Part shown: in pieces, positions 10,245-18,600 of the stretch
Position numbering within the stretch: position 1 is the stretch's first letter
How the letters are laid out: the number at the start of each line of letters is the position of its first letter
NCBI GenBank assembly: GCA_041560255.1
Contig: JBFFBT010000002.1
Coordinates: forward strand, 1-59,595
Direction of reading: 5' to 3'
Origin: Myxococcota bacterium
GTDB taxonomy: Bacteria > Myxococcota > B64-G9
DNA length: 59,595 nucleotides
Translations under genes and position numbers: made by a program
The notes under the pieces: generated by a model
What the model saw: the letters and a program-made list of their open reading frames with translations, nothing else
What the model was told of the DNA's origin: nothing
Databases searched by the model: none

Positions 10245-10409
10245 ATGACATATAGAATATCAATAGACAATGATGATTCCTATGGCGCATCTATTTCAAA
10301 CCAAGAGGACTACGGTAATCATTTCAGTGAAAGAAACCATGGGCATCAACTCCGCTTTGTCTACCCTGTATGGTTTGTATATGGACATGACACAGGAGTT
10401 GATTTATGA
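10245..10409 (+). CDS. Hypothetical 54-aa protein (below the ORF-track size cutoff)
   Basis: ATG 10245 lies 8 nt after GAGGGG (10231-10236). Translation: MTYRISIDNDDSYGASISNQEDYGNHFSERNHGHQLRFVYPVWFVYGHDTGVDL. Its TGA (10407-10409) overlaps the thioesterase ATG (10406) in an ATGA coupling. Confidence 0.3.
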   Translation: MTYRISIDNDDSYGASISNQEDYGNHFSERNHGHQLRFVYPVWFVYGHDTGVDL

Positions 10410-11197
10410 ACGAGTTGTCAAGACGAGGTAATTTATTGAATTATGGTCCATGGTTTTTTGTCCCTGGATCGCCCTTCTTTCAACTTCGGTTGTTTTGTTT
10501 TACGTACGCCGGAGGTAGTTGTAATTTCTACTGTTTCTGGGCAAAACGGTTTCTTGGACGAATAGAGTTATGGGCATTTCAACCGCCTGGCCGTGGTAAT
10601 CGAATGAAGGAAAAGCCCATCCGACGACTCGATGAGTTGGTCGAGGTTATTGTGACATCTATCGATGGTTTCCTAGACTTGCCATTTGTGTTTTTTGGAC
10701 ACAGCCTGGGCTCCCTGATTGCTTTTGAGCTGACTCGACGATTGCGCCTGCGCAATGCAAGACTGCCAGAGCACTTGTTTGTCTCGGCATGTTCTGCACC
10801 ACATTTGGCTCGCAAGCGAAAATCCATACATCTATTGGGTGACGAGGAACTCATTGAATGTATACGAAGCTATGGAGGTACACCTCAGGAAGTGATTGGT
10901 GATCCCGAAATGCTGAAGCTTGTATTACCACTTATCAGGGCCGATTTTGAAGTCTATGAAACATGGAACTATTGTCATGAGACTCCTCTTTCAGTTCCAA
11001 TTACGGTTTTTGGTGGTACTGAGGATGAAATAGCAACAACTGATCTAGCCGCATGGCGTGAGCAGACAAATGTTAAATTTTCAAAGCATATGCTGCCAGG
11101 TGGCCATTTTTTCATTCATTCTGCCGAAAAGCAACTGATTGATATTCTCCAGATGGAAATGAGTGTTTACACAGCCGATATAAAAATCGATAGGTAA
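10406..11197 (+). CDS. Type II (editing) thioesterase
   Basis: RLFCFTYAGGS near the N-terminus, nucleophile elbow GHSLGS, C-terminal GGHFF. About 260 aa, typical of GrsT/TEII proteins in NRPS clusters. Confidence 0.9.
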   Translation: MNELSRRGNLLNYGPWFFVPGSPFFQLRLFCFTYAGGSCNFYCFWAKRFLGRIELWAFQPPGRGNRMKEKPIRRLDELVEVIVTSIDGFLDLPFVFFGHSLGSLIAFELTRRLRLRNARLPEHLFVSACSAPHLARKRKSIHLLGDEELIECIRSYGGTPQEVIGDPEMLKLVLPLIRADFEVYETWNYCHETPLSVPITVFGGTEDEIATTDLAAWREQTNVKFSKHMLPGGHFFIHSAEKQLIDILQMEMSVYTADIKIDR

Positions 11198-11241
11198 ACA
11201 AGACACAACGACCGCCATTAATAAAAGGAAGGAGGTAGTCA

Positions 11242-11496
11242 ATGAGTTATTCAGAAGAAGATACAGCCGTTTACAATGTTGTAGTAAATCACGAAGAGCA
11301 ATATTCGATCTGGCCTGATTACAAAGATATTCCGAATGGTTGGCGTGCAGTTGGTAGAAAAGGCACCAAAGAAGAGTGTCTAGCCTACATTGATCAGGTA
11401 TGGTCGGACATGCGGCCGCTCAGCCTACGCAAACGTATGGAAGAAATGAAATCAGCAACATCAGATTCGCGTTTGGATAAAGATAATCAAAAATAG
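11242..11496 (+). CDS. MbtH-like protein
   Basis: VVVNHEEQYSIWPDYKDIPNGWRAVGRKGTKEECLAYIDQVWSDMRPLSLR carries the three conserved Trp of the MbtH signature. SD GGAGG lies upstream. Confidence 0.93.
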   Translation: MSYSEEDTAVYNVVVNHEEQYSIWPDYKDIPNGWRAVGRKGTKEECLAYIDQVWSDMRPLSLRKRMEEMKSATSDSRLDKDNQK

Positions 11497-11892
11497 AAAA
11501 CGCGATCGAAGTTCTCTGTACTCATCCAACAGATTGCATCTTGGTAGTATCCATTCGGTTGGCGCTATTGATGAATATGATTAGAACAATAAAATTAGTT
11601 CTAGGTTTTATCTCGTCAAATCAGAACTCTTGTTTGATGGAATTGATGTTGATGTTTTGAATTCCGAAAAATAACAATTTTTGTTACTTTTTCATTCGAT
11701 CAATATCATTATCATTGTTGTCCAAAATAAATTGAGATGCATGATTATTACGAAACAACTTGTTGAAATTGAAGCATGTCATGATGACAAAGAATTGTGA
11801 CTCTGAAAACCTATTTTGGACAAGCGTGGATTAATATCATCCTTTTTTCGAAATGATTTTAGGTTGTGTTGATATGCACTTTTTAGCTATTC

Positions 11893-11937
11893 AAGGAGGT
11901 GTTTTACATGTATAGATATGTAAATAGAAAATATTAA
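11893..11937 (+). promoter_or_regulatory. Strong Shine-Dalgarno plus 9-codon mini-ORF (MYRYVNRKY) in the AT-rich leader of the downstream PLP-enzyme gene
   Basis: AAGGAGG at 11893-11899. ATG at 11908, 8 nt later. TAA at 11935-11937, which is 37 nt before the ATG at 11975. Confidence 0.3.
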
Positions 11938-11974
11938 GTGTTTTTACAAAATAGTTGAAACACATAGACTGAAA

Positions 11975-13255
11975 ATGGGTAGTGGGATAAAAAGGCGGAT
12001 ATTACTTCTTATATTTTGTTTCGGGGCTGCTGCTGTCATATGGTTTAAGCCCTCCGATATTGGTGGTCCTTATCCTAAGAAGTTTGCTATGTGGAACGAG
12101 AGGTTACGCAGACAATCTCTGGGTGGTGATGTAGCAATTTTGGACTTGGATGCTGTTGACCGAAATATCGAGCTCGTACGTAAAAAAGTCGATCGACGAT
12201 TTGCTTTGCGATTGGTTACCAAATCACTTCCTTCGAAAAACCTCATTAGATATCTGATGGATAAATTGGATACAACGAGACTTATGGTCTTTTCGGAGAG
12301 AAACCTGGTTACCCTGCTTGGTTTGGAGGAACCAATCGATATCATGCTTGGAGTGCCGCTTCCGGTTGCAACGGCCCATAAAATACTGAAGTCAAAACCT
12401 TTAGCTGAGCAGGTAAAATGGTTGATCGATACGCCACGGAGATTGAACGAATATCTTGCGGTTGCATTGCAGATGGATATCAAGCTGAACATCGTCATTG
12501 AGATCGATGTTGGACTGAGAAAGGGAGGGGTCGAGAGCCACAAAGAGCTATGCAAACTGCTTCAGATAATTACAGAAAATCCACAAGAATTGTCTTTTTG
12601 CGGACTGATGGGCTACGATGGCCATGTTCCATTTGCACCATTTTTTATCAGTGAAGATGGTGAGTTTCAAGAAGTACACGAGCGGTACAAGCAAATGGTG
12701 AAGGCTTCTAGGTCTGCATTTCCACGGATTTTTCATTCTGGATTGGTGTTTAATAGCGGAGGCAGTCGGACATATGTTCGTTACGACGCAAGTTTGGTGA
12801 ATACACCGGTGAACGATATTGCATTGGGATCGGTTTTTCTCGCACCTAATTCATTTGATGAACTCATTAACATCGGACATCGACCGGCATCTTTTTTGGC
12901 TTCCGTGGTGCTTAAGAAAAAAACCAGGGGTAAAACTTCTTTTGTCGAGTCGATACAAGACGTTATGGCGATTTGGAATCCTAACCTCCGAGTTTCTTAT
13001 CATTTACAAAGGGGTGGGTTTCCGGGTAAGGTGATCGCGCCGCCCGGGTTGGTGGATAATCCATTGATTCGTAGATCTTCTGGTATTCGAGGGCTTTTCT
13101 GCAATCAGCAGCTTTTATGTGGATCAACCAGTATACGTTTGGAAGAAGGTGATTTTGTGTTTTTTCATCCATGGGAGGCAGATGGATTGCTTTGGTTGGA
13201 CAATATACATGTATTCCGGGGAAGCAGCCTGCTTGATCAATGGAAGACCATTTGA
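11975..13255 (+). CDS. Fold-type III PLP enzyme (alanine-racemase-N-domain / DSD1-like), N-terminally membrane-anchored
   Basis: N-terminal TM segment RRILLLIFCFGAAAVIWF. Barrel-like pattern with candidate PLP Lys in RLVTKSLPS, IEIDVGLRKGG and GLMGYDGH. C-terminal EEGDFVFFHP resembles the small beta-domain of the family. Assignment is by motif only. Confidence 0.6.
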   Translation: MGSGIKRRILLLIFCFGAAAVIWFKPSDIGGPYPKKFAMWNERLRRQSLGGDVAILDLDAVDRNIELVRKKVDRRFALRLVTKSLPSKNLIRYLMDKLDTTRLMVFSERNLVTLLGLEEPIDIMLGVPLPVATAHKILKSKPLAEQVKWLIDTPRRLNEYLAVALQMDIKLNIVIEIDVGLRKGGVESHKELCKLLQIITENPQELSFCGLMGYDGHVPFAPFFISEDGEFQEVHERYKQMVKASRSAFPRIFHSGLVFNSGGSRTYVRYDASLVNTPVNDIALGSVFLAPNSFDELINIGHRPASFLASVVLKKKTRGKTSFVESIQDVMAIWNPNLRVSYHLQRGGFPGKVIAPPGLVDNPLIRRSSGIRGLFCNQQLLCGSTSIRLEEGDFVFFHPWEADGLLWLDNIHVFRGSSLLDQWKTI

Positions 13256-13330
13256 AGATCCGAACGTACTCCTCATGGTTTTTTCAACGGTGTATCCAAA
13301 AAACGCAGTGGGTTTAAATCAGTCTCGAAA

Positions 13331-13564
13331 CTAGGTTTCTTTATCCGGATTGTCTTGTCCCTGGGATGTGGCGGCAATTTCTTCCGGATCGTTTTGATCT
13401 GGCTTTTCGAGGGCGGCTTTCTTTTGAGCATCGATCTCCCGTAAGCGTTTTTGGATCCGATCGAGTTCTTTTGAGCGTTTGTCTTTACTTTTCTGCATTT
13501 CGACCAGGTAGTAGCCGATGGGTATGACAAATATCAAAACGACAATCCATAACAACATCCGCAT
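13331..13564 (-). CDS. Small single-pass membrane protein with a charged coiled tail (hypothetical)
   Basis: 77 aa: MRMLLWIVVLIFVIPIGYYLV followed by a K/E/D-rich tail. No family recognised. Confidence 0.4.
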   Translation of the reverse strand: MRMLLWIVVLIFVIPIGYYLVEMQKSKDKRSKELDRIQKRLREIDAQKKAALEKPDQNDPEEIAATSQGQDNPDKET

Positions 13565-13715
13565 GCTCCTTTCAGGTTGCTTGATCGTAGGCGGTTTTTG
13601 CCAGGCTTGTCACGTAAAAAGCGGTTTTTGATCATCACCATTGAAAGCCGGATTTTTCTCGCATACATTGTCCATGGTCGTTTGGTTGGATAAAAATCCC
13701 GCCCAAGGAGATGCT

Positions 13716-14825
13716 ATGTTTACAACCCCGACACTTTTGTTGGATGAGGCCAAATGCAAAGCCAACATTCAAAGAATGGCTGAAAAAGCCCAAAAGCACC
13801 ATATCGGCTTCAGGCCGCATTTTAAAACCCATCAATCCCTGGATGTCGGTCAATGGTTCAAGCAGGCCGGTGTGACCCAGATCACGGTATCGTCTTTCGA
13901 GATGGCCCATTATTTCTCTTCTCAATGGAAGGATATCACGGTTGCCTTCCCGGTCAATGTTTTGGAGATTGATAGGATCAACGCATTGGCAAAAAGGATC
14001 AAGCTCAATGTGTTGGTCGAATCCCTAGAAAGCGTCGATTTTCTCAAAACTCACCTGGATGCCGAGATTGGATTTTTTATCAAGATCGATGTGGGATACC
14101 ATCGTACCGGAGTCCAGCCTGACGACACCGATCTGTTGGACACAATACTGCAGGCGGCCGATGGGGCGGACCGATTGCGTTTCTGCGGTTTTTTAGGACA
14201 TGCCGGCCATGCTTACAAGTGTACCCACAGGGATGATGTCATGGCGATACATAAACAGAGTCAACAAATCATGATCGCACTGAAAAAAAGATATAACGAG
14301 CGCTATCCCGGATTGGCGATCTCGTTGGGAGATACGCCTACCTGCAGCCTGGCGGATGATTTTACGGGCATTGACGAGATTCGTCCGGGCAACTTTGCTT
14401 TATATGATCTCATGCAGCATCAGATCGGATCGTGTGAAATCGAAAACATTGCTGTGGCGATGAGGTGCCCGATTGTGGCCCTGCATCCCGAGCGCCGCGA
14501 CATGGTGATCTACGGCGGGGGAGTTCACTTTTCCAAAGAACAGTTGAAAACCCTCCAGGATACAGTAGTGTTCGGCCGGGTGGTCGAATCATTGGACAGT
14601 GGGGGATGGGGCGATGTGGTCAAAGACATGTATGTAAAAAACCTGTCTCAAGAGCATGGGATTGTAACGGGTCCGACGGTGGAGCTACAAAAGTACAAGG
14701 TTGGAGACCGAATCACGGTATTACCCGTGCATGCTTGTTTGACGGCCGATTTGATGAAACGGTATGTTTTGACGGGCGATCTCGAGGCCATCTTCATGAT
14801 GGGCTCCAAACACCAATGTCTTTGA
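13716..14825 (+). CDS. D-TA/DSD1-family fold-type III PLP enzyme (D-serine dehydratase / D-threonine aldolase-like)
   Basis: GFRPHFKTHQS (PLP-Lys motif), IKIDVGYHRTG, GFLGHAGH, and C-terminal GDRITVLPVHACLT. ATG 13716 lies 5 nt after AAGGAG (13705-13710) and is preferred over the track start at 13641. Confidence 0.8.
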   Translation: MFTTPTLLLDEAKCKANIQRMAEKAQKHHIGFRPHFKTHQSLDVGQWFKQAGVTQITVSSFEMAHYFSSQWKDITVAFPVNVLEIDRINALAKRIKLNVLVESLESVDFLKTHLDAEIGFFIKIDVGYHRTGVQPDDTDLLDTILQAADGADRLRFCGFLGHAGHAYKCTHRDDVMAIHKQSQQIMIALKKRYNERYPGLAISLGDTPTCSLADDFTGIDEIRPGNFALYDLMQHQIGSCEIENIAVAMRCPIVALHPERRDMVIYGGGVHFSKEQLKTLQDTVVFGRVVESLDSGGWGDVVKDMYVKNLSQEHGIVTGPTVELQKYKVGDRITVLPVHACLTADLMKRYVLTGDLEAIFMMGSKHQCL

Positions 14826-14839
14826 GATGCCGGTGGCTG

Positions 14840-14868
14840 GTAAGCGTATACCCCGGGTGCACGCTTAC
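14840..14868. terminator. Hairpin between convergent genes (candidate bidirectional terminator)
   Basis: GTAAGCGT (14840-14847) pairs with ACGCTTAC (14861-14868) across a 13-nt loop. It lies between the stops at 14825 (+) and 14874 (-). There is no clear U-tract. Confidence 0.3.
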
Positions 14869-14873
14869 GGCGG

Positions 14874-15683
14874 CTATATCCTGACCAGCGTGATGCACAA
14901 ATTGTGCTTATTCAAGATCGTCCACCAAACCGGGATGGTTTGTTGCCTGATCACGGCTTGGATTTGGTTCCAACGGTTGCCGGGTTGAGATACGTCCTCA
15001 TTGGGGATCAACCGGATGATTTTGGTGTTTTCCATCAGGCCGGTTTTGATGGCTTTCAGGATGGACTCTTTGGCGCTCCATATGAGGGTGGCGGTCAAGG
15101 CTTGGTGGGGGCTTGCTTGTGATTGAATCCAATTCCGTTCTTCGGGGGTATAAAAGTCTTCCAACATGGATGCGTTTTTGGGCGCTATGATCTCGATGTC
15201 GGCTCCCAGGTTGCCAAGGTTGTCGCGGCAAACGGCCGAAAAAGCCAACTCATCCCTATGGGAGATGGTCAGGGATACGGGTAGGTTTCGGCCGTGTCTG
15301 TCTTGTAGCTGCGGCCAGCCGTTGGGATTTCTGAGGATCTCGAAATCATTGGATGCTTGGATCGAAAGGTCGAGGGGAGTTGCGCGTTGCATGAGCAAAT
15401 ACTTGGCGGTCGCCCTGCCCAGCATCCATTGACGATGGCGTTCCGGGTGCCGATAGCGACGCCCGGATTGAATTTCTGTTGCGGTGAGATAACAACCCGA
15501 GGCAAGCCCGGGTCCGGCTTGGGTCAACACCCAATGGATATCGTCCGGCGGGTCGTTCGGGGTGGCTTCCGGGTGATGCTCTAGGATGGTGACTGCCGCT
15601 TGTAGAGCATTGTCGATACCACCGATCGGGTGATTCACCCGATCGGTGGCTTCGAGCAGGTTCGGTTTATACGATTTGGACAT
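14874..15683 (-). CDS. Sfp-type 4'-phosphopantetheinyl transferase
   Basis: LGADIEII and WSAKESILKA motifs. ATG 15683 (MSKSYKPN...) lies 1 nt after the PKS stop. The longer track ORF to 15911 would overlap the PKS C-terminus. Confidence 0.88.
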   Translation of the reverse strand: MSKSYKPNLLEATDRVNHPIGGIDNALQAAVTILEHHPEATPNDPPDDIHWVLTQAGPGLASGCYLTATEIQSGRRYRHPERHRQWMLGRATAKYLLMQRATPLDLSIQASNDFEILRNPNGWPQLQDRHGRNLPVSLTISHRDELAFSAVCRDNLGNLGADIEIIAPKNASMLEDFYTPEERNWIQSQASPHQALTATLIWSAKESILKAIKTGLMENTKIIRLIPNEDVSQPGNRWNQIQAVIRQQTIPVWWTILNKHNLCITLVRI

Positions 15684-15684
15684 C

Positions 15685-18600
15685 CTATTTGTTTTCGGAT
15701 TCGGGCACCAGCTCTTTGCGGACGTCTTCGGGTAACTTGTTGGGCAGCGGCGAGGTTTGGTATCCGTTGAGCTCCAAAAGCACAAATCCGCGCTCGTCCA
15801 CGACCTGGATGCCGTATTGGGTATGACCGTTGATCCGCTCGGGCACCACCCAGGCAGCGATTCTGCCCGTAGTCCCTTCGGGCAGCTTGTGCAACTTGAG
15901 CTTACGAACACCCGCCGGCAGGCCGAGCTTTTGGCTCTTTTGAGCTTCTACGATTCCGGCTGCCTGGAATGCCAACTCGGTAAACATGGGATGTGCAGAC
16001 AGTTCGCCCGGATTGGCCATGGGAGGCACCTCCGTACCGGACTGCATCCAGCCGGCCATACGTCCGTCTTGGCTCTGAGTTACCTTTTCGAGCACCTGGA
16101 AGCTGGGTCCGTGGAAGTATGCTTGGTAAATGGCTTCCTTACGAATACCTTTGCTGATTCCGTCTCCGGGAGGCTCGGTCTTGACGATCACCGAGTCTTG
16201 ATCCAATCGGATTTTTCCGTGGAAGTGTCTGGTCACCTGGACTTTACCCACCACCAAATTGCGTTGGGTTTCCATGGTGGCAAGAAACACTCTGCCCAGA
16301 TCATCCCAAGTGGGCAGCAGCCTTACTGTAGCAGTTCGAGGCTCGTTTCGGTAAAACTTGAGAGGAGCTTCAAACGCCAAATCTTCTACCTCCACCACGG
16401 CAAGATCCGGACGTAGGAGGCTGGCTGCTTCGGCGAAGGTTTCCACCGCCATGACGCCCGGTAATACCGCCGTACCGTCGATGCGGTGATCCTCGAGAAA
16501 ACGATCCCGATTTGGATCGAAGGTCACTTCGAGCCTGAGACCGTCTGCGATGGTCCAGTCGATTGCTTTTCCGAGCAATGGGTATCGTGCGGGATTTTCG
16601 GCGAGCCGATCATGGAGTATCTGTAGGTCGGCGCCTTCCGCCACCAGTCCTTTGTACAGGATTCCCAAAGAGCGGGCGACAACCAGCTCTCCACTGAAAC
16701 CCGATGCAAATACGCGCCGGACCGAGGTGCAGCCTTCCTCGAGCGGGATCAAATTGATGCCGGCCGCGGCCAGCTGCGCCGGTACCGAGCCGCGTGTCGC
16801 CATGCCTCGCCCGGCCCATCCACTATATGCCAGGGTAAATACCTGCAAGCCCGGGCGGGCCTTTTTGAGATAGGTCGAACACTTGCTCATAAAATCATTG
16901 GCCGCCGAGTAATCCGTTTGTCCCAGGTTTCCAAATCTGCCTGCCACCGATCCGAACAGCATCAATCCTTTGAGCGCAACATTGGTGGTTGCAGCCAAGA
17001 GAGTGTTCAAGCCGATCGATTTCACTCCAAAGATGAGATCAAATGATTCTGGTTTTTTGCGGGCAATACCCTGGCTGTGTTCCAATCCGGCAGCGTGCAT
17101 AATGAGGTCGATACGCCCGTGCGCCTGCATAATCTTGTTGATGGCTTCATCGACAGCTTGTTGGTTCGTGACATCCAGGCTTACGTGATGGGCCTGTGCG
17201 CCGGTGTTGCGGATGGTGTGTAGCGCTTCGAGCGCGGCGCTTTTTCTTTCCACTTCTCGGATGGCTTTGTCCACCAACACCGGAGTCACCCGTTCGCCCT
17301 GTTCACGAAGCCGGTTCGTGAGGTTGGCTTTCAAGGTCTCCCGATCGGTGGTGAGCAGTATAATGTCCGGATCATCATTGGAAGGAGTCGGGGTGAGATC
17401 CGCCAAATAATAGGTACCGCCTATGTTTTTTGCAAGATCCGTAACGATTTTACCAACGATGTCGCCTGCGCCTCCGGTAACCAAAACCACGGGATCTTTT
17501 TCCGGAAGGCTGCCGATTCCGGATAACGCCTGGTCGGCTTCAATGGGCTTGTATTCGCTCAAACCCACCGCCCAACGACGTTCACCGACTCTGCCTACTT
17601 CAACAACACCTCGGTCGCTTTCAACTTCTTCAATCAGGGCGGAAGCTATGGTTTGTGCTTCGGCGTCGACCGGGAAATCGACGACTTTACATAAAGTCTC
17701 CGGCCACTCTTGGGCCAAGGTTTTGACAAACCCGGTGGTGGCGCCGCTGGCGGGATCCTGCGAGCCTACTCCGGGCCGCAATCCGAGATGGCCTCCCATT
17801 TGGGTGGCGGCTACAAAATAGGTGCCCGGTTGGTTGGACAGCACTCCGTCGAGTGCTTTGGCGACCCTAAACGGAAGGCGCGCGCGCAAATCGAGTGCTC
17901 GTTTCCATGCGGCTTTATCCCGGGTTTCCGGCAAGACCGCTTTTTGGCAAGCCGTAAGCAGCCAAACACCTTTGGGCGCCTGTTGGGAGGCAAGCTCGGC
18001 GATTTGCGAGGTCACCGAATCCGGGTCACCGGACGCGTCGATCCATACGGGCTGGGCACCTCGGTGTTTGAGTGCGGATTCGAGCGCCTGGACTACGGGT
18101 GATGGTTCGGACACGATGAAACATTGGCTTCGTACTTCCACGCCGGTCGGCAGACAGTCGCCGGCTGCCGGCCTTCCCACCAGTACAGAGGCAAGATAAC
18201 GCACCGATTCGGATTCGACCGGAATGCTGGATAAGGGCAACACGTGGTCTTCACCCGCTTCCTCTTCGGTTGCATCCTGAGATTCGGCCATTGGAGTGTT
18301 TTGGGCTTGGGCGGTTTGGGCTTGGGTGGCGTGCGCGGCCGATTTTTCCTCCGCAAAACGGATGATGTGAGCCAGGGTGGGATAATCCGAAAGCTTGAGA
18401 TCATCCTGTTTTGGGATGTTGAAAGAAGTCCTGATCTCCGAAAACAGCTCGGCCTGTTTGACCGTGTCGATGCCCAGGTCGGCTTCCAGGTCGAGGTTGA
18501 CGTCCAACATGTCGGAGGGATAGCCGGTTTTTTCAGAGACGAGAGAAAGGATCTTAGCTGTGATGTCATCGAGGCTCATCTGCGAAGGCACCTGGACGGG

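Noticed and set aside
15684-15911. N-terminal 76 codons of the track ORF 14874-15911
   Set aside because: This part overlaps the last ~75 codons of the PKS DH domain in another frame and is Cys/Ser/Pro-rich. An ATG at 15683, 1 nt after the PKS stop, yields a normal-length (269-aa) Sfp-type PPTase.
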